Shown one piece after another: positions 25,824 to 46,474 of a DNA stretch of 64,000 nucleotides. Where the stretch lies: assembly GCF_009914755.1 (NCBI RefSeq), contig NC_060936.1; one strand, given 5' to 3'. Position numbers and translations under genes: made by a program. The notes under the pieces are model-generated. The model saw only the letters and a program-made list of their open reading frames with translations, did no database searches and was not told the DNA's origin. Numbering within the stretch: position 1 is the first letter of the stretch; every line of letters begins with the position of its first letter. The DNA comes from the human T2T-CHM13v2.0 reference genome, Homo sapiens.

Positions 25824-26552
25824 GGCGCTGCGCGGACTCGCCCCCAGGAACGCTCTCCTCGAGCCCTCCCCCAAACAGACTCGCTAGCACTCAAGACCCG
25901 GTTATTCGCCCACCCGAGTACCTCCAGTCACACTCCCCGCGGTTCATACGCATCCCATCTCTCCCACTTCCTCCTACCTGGGGACTCCTCAAACCACTTG
26001 CCTGGGGCGGCATGAACCCTCTTGCCATCCTGATGGACCTGCCCCGGACCTACCTCCCTCCCTCTCCGCGGGAGACCCCTTGTTGCACTGCCCCCTGCTT
26101 GGCCAGGAGGTGAGAGAAGGATGGGTCCCCTCCGCCATGGGGTCGGCTCCTGATGGTGTCATTCTGCCTGCTCCATCGCGCCAGCGACCTCTCTGCCTCT
26201 CTTCTTCCCCTTTGTCCTGCGTTTTCTCCGGGTCCTCCTAAGTCCCTTCCTATTCTCCTGCCATGGGTGCAGACCCTGAACCCACACCTGGGCATCAGGG
26301 CCTTTCTCCTCCCCACCTGTAGCTGAAGCAGGAGGTTACAGGGCAAAAGGGCAGCTGTGATGATGTGGAAATGAGGTTGGGGGAACCAGCAGAAATGCCC
26401 CCATTCTCCCAGTCTCTGTCGTGGAGCCATTGAACAGCTGTGAGCCATGCCTCCCTGGGCCACCTCCTACCCCTTCCTGTCCTGCCTCCTCATCAGTGTG
26501 TAAATAATTTGCACTGAAACGTGGATACAGAGCCACGAGTTTGGATGTTGTA

Positions 26553-26783
26553 AATAAAACTATTTATTGTGCTGGGTCCCAGCCTGGTTTGCAAAGACCA
26601 CCTCCAACCCAACCCAATCCCTCTCCACTCTTCTCTCCTTTCTCCCTGCAGCCTTTTCTGGTCCCTCTTCTCTCCTCAGTTTCTCAAAGATGCGTTTGCC
26701 TCCTGGAATCAGTATTTCCTTCCACTGTAGCTATTAGCGGCTCCTCGCCCCCACCAGTGTAGCATCTTCCTCTGCAGAATAAA
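26553..26783 (+). terminator. WNT1: Two tandem WNT1 poly(A) signals (AATAAA at 26553-26558 and 26778-26783)
   Basis: Canonical hexamers in the 3'UTR followed by U/GU-rich sequence. Confidence 0.75.
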
Positions 26784-27344
26784 ATCTCTATTTTTATCGA
26801 TGACTTGGTGGCTTTTCCTTGAATCCAGAACACAACCTTGTTTGTGGTGTCCCCTATCCTCCCCTTTTACCACTCCCAGGCTTGGAAGCTTACCTCTCTC
26901 AAACAAATAGAATATGCTGTTGGGGGACTGGTTTCCTAACCTTGCCAGAGGACCCTGAGATTCTGACCCTTGGATGACCCTAACGAGGCCACTGGGAATC
27001 CAGCTCTCCTGAGAGAGGAACCTGGTCAGTAGCCAAACAACCCTGCAGGGTTCTTCTTCCTCGTGGAACAGCAACTGGCTGTGTGATATGGACAGGTGCA
27101 TATACTTGGTGAATGGGGGTTAAACAACCTCAGTGCCTGCTTTTCCTGCCTGGAACAGCTGTTCAGAAAATAGCTACTATTGAATGATAACTGTGACCAT
27201 CTTCCAAAAAGTAGGAAGAGAAACTAAAGCAGAGTGCTGCTGCCCCTAATGTGGAGCTATTGGTCCCTGAAGCTTGGCTTCTTCAGCTGTGGTCAGGGCA
27301 TTGGACAGGGGTGAAGCCCTTCCACCAACAGAAAAGTAAATACT

Positions 27345-27467
27345 GGCCTGGGGCAGTGGCTCATGCCTGTAATCCCAACACTTTGGGAGACCGAGGTGGG
27401 TAAATCGATTCAGCCCAGGAGTTTGAGACCAGCCTGGGCCACACAGGCAGCCCCACCTCTACAAAAG

Positions 27468-27552
<85 letters not shown>

Positions 27553-27560
27553 CACACACT
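27345..27560 (+). repeat. Alu left monomer whose tail has expanded into an (A)n(TA)n(TG)n microsatellite
   Basis: Alu 5' arm at 27345-27465, then poly(A), (TA)n and (TG)n. Confidence 0.9.
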
Positions 27561-30500
27561 ATTAGGTATTATATATGTATATCTATCTATCTATCTAATA
27601 AATACCTTATCAGGAGCCCCACTCCCAATCTTGGGCTCAGGGAGATCCAGATAATAGGTGATGAGCCTGGTGCTGGACCGAGAAGCTCAGAGATGCTGGT
27701 GGGAGAGAAGGGAGCAGGTAGGCTAGAATCCAAATGCAGGCTAGGCTTAAACCGATGTAACCAAAGGAAACCCTAATGTGGTCCATAACCAAACTACTAA
27801 GCTAGCCATTCCCATAAAGAACCAGAATGAGGATTTTGTTACTAACACCACCAGTGTGATACCTCTGTGTGCACATTCACCAGAGTCAGTGGGAGTTCTA
27901 ATCCTACCCACGGCCCTAAACCTATCTCTAACTCTAACCCTCTTCCTGTTCCTAGGTCTAGGTTGAACCTTAGCCTTAACCCTAACTTCAGACAAACACT
28001 AACCCCTTCTAAGCTCTAATGTCTGTCCCTAATCCTAACCCCTCCCCACAGGGGAGGATCAGAAGGGCAAGGGGAGCTGTGAAACACCCAACCTATCCCC
28101 TAAGAGCAACAACTGCTCCCAGCCAGCTTGAGAATTTCCCCTTCTCCCCTATTCCCTCCTCTCCTGTTCAGGCCTCTTCTGCTGTTGGTGCCTCCCACCA
28201 CCTTTGGGATATGTGTAGGGGTAGGGGAATGGAGCCAGGAACTGCTCAGTCCTGCAACGACATCCCTTTCCCTTCCTTTCCACCTGCCAAGCTAGCACCA
28301 TCTCAGTTCTGATTCCTCACCCTAGGGGAAGAAATAAAAACCTATTGATCCTGGGGAAGAGGCACCTGAAAAGCTTTGGGTTTCCATAAAGAGCACCCTG
28401 CAGAGAATGCCCAGTCTATAAGCCAAAGGGCTATTAGATCCCTCAACTCCCCAAATAAGAAGTTAATAGGCTGCCAGAGGTGGGAGGGGGGGCTTGGGCC
28501 CCTGCTGGACAGTGCCCAGAGTTGAGATGAAGCAGCAGGGTAGAGTCAAAGCATTGGCAGCTGTCTCCAACTACTTTTGCCTAAATTCAAACTCTAAGAA
28601 TTGGAGTCAGTATCAGCTTTCAGGCTTGGAAGCTGGGGCACTCTGAACCAGGTTGACAAACAGGAGCTGGAGGAAGAGCAAGGGAAAGTGGTGAATTCTT
28701 TTCTGCCCCTACCCAGACTTTCAGCAAATCTCGTACTTTCTCAGACTCAGTTGCCTTGCCTATCAAACAGGGATGGTTATTGTTACTTAACCTTTCAGGG
28801 AGGTGATGAGGTTCAGATGAGATGATGTACATGAAAGCCTGGGTCATTTGAATACTCACTGACACCTCTTCTATACCAGGCATCTGCCAAATGTTGGCAA
28901 TACAATGATTTATAAACCATAGTGCCTGCTTGGAGGAGGTTGACAGTCTGGCCAGGGGATCAAGCACATCCTCAGATATTGTTAGCATATGGAGGGAGTG
29001 CAATGAAGGCTCAATGAAGTGTAAAGCCTTCTGCACATAAATGAAGTTTAAGGGCAGACTCCCATACTCAAGCCCTCGGCATGGAGGCTCTTCTCTTCCA
29101 AGGGCTGGAATTTCAAAGGTGATGGTGCTGGGAAGTGCAGAATTAGGCTGGGCCCTCAATGGGCACTAATAAAACACAAACACACATACACACACACACA
29201 AACAAGTAAAAGGGCAGAGGGATCTGCAAAGCACTACATAAAAGCTAATCATTTTGTTATTGTGATCATCTATGCTATCCTCACACAGGGCTGGAGCGGG
29301 TACATCCTGAGGAGAAGAACAATTATGCATAGAAAGAAGACTCACAAAGGTCTCAGGAGCCACAGTAGGCTCAGGGTGGTGGCCATAGGATGGTGTCATC
29401 AGGACTGTGCTTGATGCGCCACCTCTCACCACCTCTGATCTTCAGGTGCCAGGGCGCTGGATACACGTTGGCCTGAGCAAGTGAGGGAAAGACTAGTCCT
29501 GAAATATCCTGGGGGGAGTGGAAAAGCTGAGAAGAAAGGCAGGCTGTGCACAGTCCCCAGGGGGTCAGCAAGCCAGCACCACACACACTCTGCCACACGC
29601 ACCCTGGAAAAACCCTGTCAGTGGGGCTGCAAATACCCTAGGGTCCAGCCTCCCCCAAAGCCTCCCCCCTCGCCCCAGGCTGGCTCAGTCCTCCTCTCCA
29701 GCGCAGAGGGAGAAAAATAACAAAACGAGGAGAAAATAAGCTGTTTGGCTGTGGTGTGAGCAGGAATATCCATGCAGGGCTGCCCACCACTCACCCTTAC
29801 TCACTCTTTCCACACCCAGCCGGGGCGCCCAGCATGAGACAGACCACCCCCCTGCCCCCTCCCCCGTCTGGTCTAAAAGCAGACGCTGGTGAGCGAGCAG
29901 CAGGTTATAAATATGCCCAGGGAACTGCCGCCAACTCGCTCCCTTGTCATCCCCTGGGAGGGGCAGGGTGGGGTGGCTCCCAGGGAGGAGCCAGGGCTGC
30001 CCTGTTCCCTGAGGCCCAGGAGGAAGTGGGGCTTCCTAGAGGCTACCATATTTTCCCCCCTTTTCAAGGTGAAGGAACCACTGCCACTCCATTTTCCCTG
30101 AACATTTGCTCATCTCTTCAGATATGTGGTCCCTACCCTCCCTGGGCCCTGGCTGGAGGCTCGGAATGAAAGGGCCCAAAGTACTCTGTGTCATGGCACA
30201 GCCCGCTGCTACTTCTCTTCTTCACATGCATTTGCTCTCAGCAAAACAGAAGTTCATTCATTCATTCAACAAGCATTAACTGAAAGCCAGCTGAATGCCA
30301 GACCCTGTGCACAGGCCCACCTGTGTGCACAGTGTCTGCACACACAGGTGCAAGCACACACAGCTGCCCCTACTCCATGTGCTCACATCACCTCCAGCCC
30401 CCACTAAGGACTTCCTGGCTTCAACCTGCCAGCCTCATCAGGAAAGCAAAGCTTCAAGCTCCTGGTTGTGCCTCAGAGTAGGTTAGGGGGCATGGGGTAG

Positions 30501-30789
30501 GGGGTGGCTGAGAACAGGACCCCAAACACTTCTGCTTCCACTACTTCCCCTGTAAATGAGGGGGTCCTTTCTCTCCTTCCTGCCCAATCATCCTCCCTAA
30601 GTAGGTGCCATGTGACGAAGAAAGAGCCATTCTTGGGATGCTGAGGGTACCTGTCCAGGCCACCAGAGCCTCCCACCTCCCAGCAACTTGCCAACTAGGT
30701 GCCAAGCTGGGGCAAGAGGGGGCACTTCCACCCTGTGAAGCTCCCAGCTCTCCTCCCCCAGGGCTGAACCCCTCCCTTTTCCCTCCTCC

Positions 30790-31330
30790 CTATTAATCCT
30801 CGGAAGTTAAGGGGCCGTCCCTGGCGGCCCCTCAGCCCTATCGTGGCCCCTCACCCTCCTCGGCTGGCGTCTAATTAACTCCTCCTGCCCCTGGTTTTGT
30901 ATGCCCCCCTTACCCCACCTTGTCGGCCCCGCCCCTCTGCTCGGCCAGCTCCCCCCCACGGACATTCCAGCCAGGCCGGGCCAGTGTGCCAGGGCAACCA
31001 GGGCCGGACCGAGGCCTAATCCTCCCGCCGCCTGGCCCGGCTGGGGGAGCCCCACTCACCTCCCCACTCTCTGGGGGCTGCCCGGCTCTGCTGTGGCGGA
31101 GACACACAATCGGGACAAAGGCACAGCCCCCAGGGGGCTAACTCAGCCTTCACGCCCAGGTTGTGCGGCATTTGGGGAGTTTAATGAATTGTCCATCACG
31201 CCTTTCAGGGCCCGCCCGTCAGCCTGGATTAATCTTCGGAGCCCTGGTGGGGTAGGAGACACTAAGCCTGTATTTATTACTCTCCCATTGTCACTAATTG
31301 AGGTAATTATCTGTGACTCTGGCCTGGCCA
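30790..31330. promoter_or_regulatory. Wnt1 3' CNS (midbrain/dorsal neural tube) enhancer core
   Basis: AT-rich motifs in a GC-rich background: CACTAATTGAGGTAATTATCT at 31292-31312, GGATTAATCT at 31226-31235, TAATTA at 30872, TAATCC at 30794 and 31017. Position and the double-TAAT site match what I recall of the mouse Wnt1 3' enhancer. Confidence 0.78.
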
Positions 31331-32055
31331 ACAATGAGGCATTCACTCCTGGGACCTCGATGGGCCTGGCTCCCACTCTCAGCACCAGCCCTCCCTCCCC
31401 TCCTCTTCCAAACCCGCCAAGGACTACGATGGGCCCTGGAGCATGTTGGGAAAGTGGACAGCGTCCCACAATGCCTCACCTCCCCACCGGCGTCTCCCAT
31501 AGCCATCACTACAGAGCTGTCTCCTGGTCCCCCCAGAGAAGGTGAGAAAAGAAGGCAGCCTCTGCCAGGGGATGGATTTGGCTGGCAGAGCCCTCAGGCC
31601 AGAGAGGGACCTGTTTCTGAGGACTTTGGTTTTCTGGACTCTCCAACTCCTCATCTCCAGATGCATGACACCAGGGTCTCACAAGGTGCTTTTGCAGATC
31701 CATCCTCATGTCCCTATAGCCTCTAGGGTGTTAAGAGGCTCTAGCCTGTACCAGGCCTACTCTGGGGAGGTCCCTAAACCTACCAGTGCTGGCAGAGTGG
31801 CTGTGGATGTGATGGGAGATGTTAAGAGAGACAGCAGGAAAGGTTCTGTCAGGGGAAGAGCAAAAGGAGCCAAGTCAAGAAGGAGCAGTCAAGAGTCACA
31901 GCATTCCCGGGGGTCACACTAATGTGGCCATGCAGCAACTTCAGGGAGAAACTTGGATTTGGAGGGGCAAGAGTTCCAAAGAGCGGATTTCACGTGGAGA
32001 CAGCTTTCTGGGTCAAGGTGGTTGGCCCTGGGGAGCAGGTATGTGTGTACAAGAA

Positions 32056-32086
<31 letters not shown>

Positions 32087-32424
32087 TAAGAAAGGAAGAT
32101 TTAGGCAGAACTAGATTGTGAACTCCTTGAGGGCAAGAACTATGTCTTTGTGTCTTGGTCACTGTTGCTTTTATGAGAGCTTAACATTGTACCTTGCACG
32201 TAATAGGCACCGTCAAGTGAATGGATGAATACAGATGAAGCCGGCACTTGCTTTAAAACTGGGATCTGTGAGCTATTCTCTTCCACAGCTGCACTCAGGC
32301 TCCTCATTCTCTCAGGACTTGCTGGAAGGAGATGTCTAGACCATCCCTGGACGGTCAGCGGTGGGCACTTCACCAGCTGTTGACACGACAGACCCTGGCC
32401 GAACTCAGAGCGGTAGTGGGGATA

Positions 32425-32438
32425 GCGCCACCTTGTGG
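32425..32438 (-). promoter_or_regulatory. CTCF-like site
   Basis: GCGCCACCTTGTGG, i.e. CCACAAGGTGGCGC on the minus strand, is close to the CTCF core consensus. Confidence 0.65.
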
Positions 32439-32861
32439 TGACTCTTGGGAGAGCTCCTGGAGAGACGCTAGCCAAGAAGGCAGGGTCATCTCTCAGGAGC
32501 AGGGTATCACCCCGGGCTGCAGCCATCCTTCTTCCTGTATGTCTGAACTGCATTGTTATGCCAGCGGTCCTGTGGCACAGTTTTATCATTTGTTCCTTCT
32601 TTATTCCAGCATTTTCTGAGAGCCTGCTCCACGCCAAACTTGTCGGGTATACAGAGCTAAATCAGCTAAATCACCTCCAGCAGCTCATGGTCCAGCAGGG
32701 GATTCCACAAGGTAACAAGACCAACGAGGTTACGATCAAGCCGCAGGAAAAAAAATTATCCAGGTGTTGAGGAGGCACTAGAACATTCCCAGCTCAAAAA
32801 CTCCATCATTCACCTCTCCCTCAATTCCTCTCACCGAAGTGCAAATGGTTTATCTTCATTA

Positions 32862-34725
<1,864 letters not shown>

Positions 34726-35815
34726 TCAAGGGAGGGAGCACACCCCATGCTAGGATATGCAGAGGCAGAGGCAGTATCCAGGCCAAACTTTCCTTCACTA
34801 ACATCTGCACCCTCAGCAACTTGTCTCCCAGAGGCCTAGATACATTCCACTCCCCATAAGAAGTCATGGTCTGGGAGCTGCTCCTCTTTTCATCCTCCCT
34901 GGTCCCTCAGGAATGCTTTCATTAACATATATTATGCCATCTTCCTGCACTGCAATGACTGTGGGTTTCCTCTTCCACATCTCTTTCCCTATATCATACA
35001 CACCCTAGCTTGAGAGCTCCCTGAAGGGAGGAAGCATGCCTGAGTCTCTTTTGTGTCCCTAGCACCTGGCATATATGTTTAATGAGTGAGTAAACAAATG
35101 AACAACTGAGTGAGTGCTGCCTCTTCCCCATAGACACATTTTATACACTTCCTGCGTCCTCTTGTTCAGTTATCTCTCCTGGCCCTCTCCTCCTTACACA
35201 CATCACACTCACACTCCTGACCTTGACACTCTGAAATTCCAGAGTTATATGCTGGGGCTCGGTTTCCTTACCTATTTGTGGCTGATCTAGGGAAGTCCCA
35301 GCCCTCCCCTGAGAGTCTGAAAGAGACGGCTCTTGACTCCTCTAAAGCCATATTAACTGGGTCCCATGGAGGGCAGAAAGGGGCTTCCCTAGGAAGAAGC
35401 TCTCTATTGGGAGGGTAGCAGGATCCTGCACTAACCTGAGGTCTGCTGCCCCAAATTGACCACATCCTCCTGTGTCTGCTGTCCCTACTCCTGACCAGTG
35501 AGGCTGTCCCAAGGTAGGGGGTGGTTGTGGCCTCTGTCTCAAGGCTGGCTGGCAGACACAGCCAGATTTAGAAGTCATTTTCGCAGCAGGGAGCCTCCAG
35601 TGTGCCACCCACAGAGCCCTGGAAGGTCAGTCTGAGATATGGCTCACCAGGGGCTGGCCCCTAGACCTGGAGTCACTCCTCCCCTTCTTGTCTCTCTCCT
35701 TTTTTTGCCCAGAATTTTGGCAGCTGGTGCTGACTCTATCCTTAGGCAAAGATGGAGTAAGTTCTGGGGGAAGGGGTGTGCTGCACTGACACTCTAACCG
35801 CCCAAGCACTGCCAG

Positions 35816-35860
35816 GGCACCATTCACCCAGGCACTATTCACCCAGGCACCATTCACCCA
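35816..35860. repeat. 15-bp tandem repeat x3 (GGCACYATTCACCCA)
   Basis: Units at 35816-35830, 35831-35845 and 35846-35860. Confidence 0.92.
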
Positions 35861-35911
35861 TTAAAAGGGCTGTCCATACCCACCCCAGGTTTCCCCCCTC
35901 CTCTCTACTGA

Positions 35912-38580
<2,669 letters not shown>

Positions 38581-39335
38581 GGGCAGATCTCAGGAACCTT
38601 TGATCTCTGCCCAAGGTGACACTCCTCCAGCTAGAGCTAACTTGAAACCTGGCAGTCCGGGTTCCTGGAAGTCTCTGGGATGAATCTTCCTGGATAGCTC
38701 TGACCAGTGTCTTCCCTCCGGTTCAGAAACCCAAAGAGGACACCTTCCTCCACTGAACCAAGGCCAGCGGCCCAGCTCCTGTCAGATCGTCGCCACCCCC
38801 CACCGCAGGCGGTCCTGCCCCACTCCGAGTTCTGCCCAGAGTCCCTCTGGGTGCGGGCGGGAGTGAGGTCGAGATAATTGGAGACTAAAGCCATAAGTGG
38901 TTTGAGAGCGGGGTTGGGGACCTGAACGCTGAGCGGGAGTTGGAGTTGAGGGGTCTGGGTTGGAGTGGGAGCAGAGGCGGGCAGGGGGCCGGGGGCTGGG
39001 GGCCGGGGCAGGACCGGGCGACTGAGTCTGGGAGAAGCCCCCGCGCCCGCGGAGCCGGCAGCTAAATTTACCCCGGCTGACTCAGCCCTTGCCCGGAATG
39101 GGGGGTGGGGGGAGGGCGCCAGGGCAGTGGGAAGAGCCGACAGGGGTGGGCTGGGGGCAAGGAAGGGAGAGTCCCGGCTGGGGGAGAAAAGAGGTGGGCC
39201 AGGAGCTCCCAACGAAGAAAGCAGCCCCCTCCCCTCACACAGAGCGGGAAGTAGCAGAGGAGTCCCGGGGGAGGGCCACTGTGGGGAAAGGGTCAGTGAA
39301 AGGAAGACGATGCCAAGGCTGGATAAAGGGAAGCT

Positions 39336-39522
39336 TAGATTTATTGAGCGCCTACTGTGTGCCAGGCAGTGTGCAAGGCGCTTTACATACATTATCGCAT
39401 TAAATCCTCACAACAACCCTGCGAGGTAGGTGTTTATAAACCCCCATTTGACAGATGAGGAAACTGAGGCTCAGGGAGGTGAAGTGATGTGGCCAAGTTC
39501 ACATGGCTAATAAATGGCAGAC
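39336..39522 (-). mobile_element. MIR element carrying the probable DDN poly(A) signal (AATAAA at 39340-39345)
   Basis: MIR core (cccatttgacagatgaggaaactgaggctcag) and MIR/L2 tail (on - strand GCCTGGCACACAGTAGGCGCTCAATAAAT). Confidence 0.88.
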
Positions 39523-40914
39523 AGAGGAGGTGTCCAAGGATCGGAGAGAAAAAAAAAAAGACTTCGGTGTCTGAGTCCCAAGCCGGCTGGGGTGGATGAG
39601 TACAAAGATGGGCCCGGCGGGCTCTAGAAGTCTGGGAGGCCGGAGGCCTGCTCCCGGCCCCGCACGGCTGGAGACTGCAAGGCGGGGGACCCGCGCTCGG
39701 GAACTAGGGATAGGATTGAGTGGCAGAGCCGGGATTAGCAACTGGGGAGATCCGCGACCTGCGCGCGCCCTGTAGTGGCTATAGAGAGTATCACACCCCA
39801 CGCCTGCTGGCTTCTGGTGACCGGCCTCTTTCCTTGCCTGGCCGGTTTCTGGAAGAGGCCAAGATGGGAGAAATTCTCAGGATTTTTTCAGGTGGGCGAT
39901 ACCACCTGGGAGGGAGATCGTGGCCACGCCTCAGAGCATCACTAAGGAGCATCGGGGTGGAGGAAAAGGGGAAGGCCTAAAGAGGTCCCAAGCTGATTCA
40001 TTGGTGTCCTTCCCTCCCCAGCTCAGACCACCACAGGCCAGGGTCAGTGACAGGGCCGCTATCTTGCCCTGCCTTGGGGAGCCCTCAACCAAACCTGGGA
40101 GACTGGGATAGGAGTGCCTCACTCCCTTACCTCTTCTGCAAGCCTTGGGCAGTCTCCTGAATTGATCATGACTTTGGGTGACACGGAGGCCGCCCAGAAA
40201 CCCTCAAACTCTGTTCACTTATTCCCAATTCTCATTCTTGGCTTGTCGAGGGGAGGATGAGATAGAGTCCTTTCCAAAGATCTCAAAATGTCAGAGACGG
40301 AAGGATGGACCTTAGAATACCATCATTTTATATACCAGGAGGCCTGGAGGCCTGGAGAGGGAAAGTGACTGGCCTCAGTCAACCAGCAACTCAGTGGCAG
40401 AGTTGGGATTGAAATCCAAGACTTGTGACACCAAGGTGAGCCCTCCTTCTGCTTTGTTGGTTGTTGCTGGACCTATGCCTCTTCTCCCAAGAACCCCTCT
40501 GTCATCTGATCACTCTGTCACCAGGTCCAAAGCCTCTCCTTCACTTTTTCCCTCCTCCTCAGAGGCCCTACCCTACCCTGCCCTCCTATGGCTGCCACCA
40601 TCCCTGCCCTCCTGCCTGATCCTGGTTAGGCCTCTCTGCTCAGCTCCACACCCAGTGCATCAGCCCCTGCGAAGAGCTCACCCTTGTGCCCTGAACATAA
40701 CAGACATTAATTAAATCTGCTCATTCTCACCTCTCCTGAAACAAAATCATTAATGGGCATATGCTTCCCTTCCTTTCATTTATATTTCAAGGATGAGAAC
40801 AGGTATGGGTAAAGATACAAGGAAAAGAGAAGCAAAGGAAGTCTGTGGGGAAGAATGGGGACCAGTGGACCCAAGGATGGATGCGTTGGGGACACAAATA
40901 CAAGAAGGGGCCTC

Positions 40915-44065
<3,151 letters not shown>

Positions 44066-45867
44066 TCCCATGCGGTGGAGAGAGGAGGCGGTGGCTTTTA
44101 CCAAGCTTTTGTGCGACTCTGAGGGAGAGCTGCCTTCCCTAAGCTCAAAAAGGGTGACCCCTACACCCGTATCTCCTTGTCAGCTCAGTGCTGCAGCCTA
44201 GGACTGCTGGTACAGCAGGACACAGGCGTCTGCCTTGGCCACCCAAGCTGCCCTACCAGTTCCATTCTACATGTTTGTCCTTGGGCAGCCAGGGAGCCCT
44301 CCCACAGCAGCAGGCTTTCACCTCCAATCCAGAAGCCAGGATTTGGGGGTTATATTGTTCTGTGCCCACACAGCCTGCCCAGCTTTATGGAGGACAGAGT
44401 AAGTGCTTATGCACTCTCACCCTTCCAGAGGGGGATGGAGGAGAAATGATGTGTTTGCTTGGCAAAACTAATCCCCTAGCAACTGAAATGATAAAAGTGG
44501 CCTTTATTTTTTTCAATGTAGAACTCCCCCTCACCACCACCACAATGCCTAGTTCACTCAGTCCCCACCTTAAGTGGTGCTCCAGATGCTCACCTTTTGG
44601 GCTGCCTCTGTCCTGGGGGGCTGTTGCTTATATCCACATGATCCCTCCTCCTAAGCTTATACCAGGTGTCCCCTGATTCACCATGGTAATGTTAGTGGCA
44701 GCACAGCCCACGCCAACCCTTCCATGCAGAGACTTAGCAACCATGCCTGGCAACCATGGCAGCAGCTTCAGTGGAGGGGAGCAGTGCAGAGAGAGGGGAG
44801 AGTGTGTGGGGCATGGTTCCTCGGGAAGAAGGGATAATTTGCCTCTCTGGAGAGGAATAGGTAAGAATAGAAGCTTGTGAGTCTCCCAAATTTCATCCCT
44901 TGTCTCTCCCTCAGCTTCATCCTCACACTGAGACGGATAGGTTGGGTTTTAGAGGGAAATGGGAGAAGCAAGAGTTCCCAATTAGTTTTCCACTAATGTA
45001 CATGGAGCCCTTTGGGTCCAGACCCTTCCTTTTAAGGGGATGGGGAACAACCAGAAAGGTTGTGGGGCAGAGACTGACAGACTGAGAAACAACTCAACAA
45101 AACCAGGTCTCTGCTCCCTAACACAAACCTTTAGAGAGAACGCAAACATCCCGTCCCATCCACCCTACCCCCCTTGATTCCACACACCTGCCAGCTGCAC
45201 TGATGACTTGACTCGAAGATGCTTCCTTCCACCCTAGGTCCCACTAGAGTCCTGAGGCTTTTTAAAGCCCTTGCCTCCTCCCTAGGCAAATCTTCCTTAA
45301 TGAGGGAATGTGACATAAGGGGCCATCTGTCCTTTCCACCATGTGCTTACCCTCCTGACACATAAACATACTCTAATTCTAATAACTTGGAAGCCTTCCT
45401 CCCCCAAGGTTGAGAATGTGCTGTGAGAGCTGTAAAGGGGTGAAGGCAGAAGCAGGGGCTCCTCCACAGCCATGATGCAACACTGAAAGCTGAGCTCTGA
45501 TGAGGGCCACCTTCTTTTTTTAAAATAAGCTTCCTCAGGTCGAATCTGATGAGGGCCTTGATGCTTTTCCCTGTGTTCCATCAGGAGAACCCAGTATGCC
45601 CTGGCTGGAGGGTTATCAGAGGGGTTAGGCACTGTGGGGCAGGGGCAAGGAATGACTCCGAAATTGCTCCTGGCTTGGATGGGAAACTGTATCATACCTG
45701 CAAGGCTGGGGTGAGCTGGCACCCAAATTTAGCTCATACTCCAGTCTAGCAGTTCTTCTGATGTTGGGTGCTGACTGCTGTTTGGGTCTACATGCTTTCA
45801 ATACAGGGAATGGATCTGATGGAGTGACCACTGCCCTGCTGTTCTCCCACCATCCAGCTCATTCTCA

Positions 45868-46322
<455 letters not shown>

Positions 46323-46468
46323 CTACTCGTGTGTGTGTACGTGTGTGTGTGCGTACACACGTTATTATTATTGTTAATGACCAGTTGAAGAAGCCATATA
46401 AAGTAGGAAGGTAGTACCCATCAACTGTAAAAATCAAACACTGCAATATCGTGAAGAGATTCCTGTCA

Positions 46469-46474
46469 TTTAAT
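46469..46474 (-). terminator. PRKAG1: Probable PRKAG1 poly(A) signal (ATTAAA)
   Basis: tttaat on + strand, about 600 nt after the stop; GU/U-rich sequence downstream on the minus strand. Confidence 0.6.

Noticed and set aside
30901-31545. 214-aa ORF over the Wnt1 enhancer
   Set aside because: Pro-rich low-complexity product with no domain or splice support; the TAAT clusters are better explained as an enhancer.
38637-39429. 251-aa (-) and 154-aa (+) ORFs downstream of DDN
   Set aside because: One end lies in a MIR and the rest is GC-rich low complexity with no recognisable homology.
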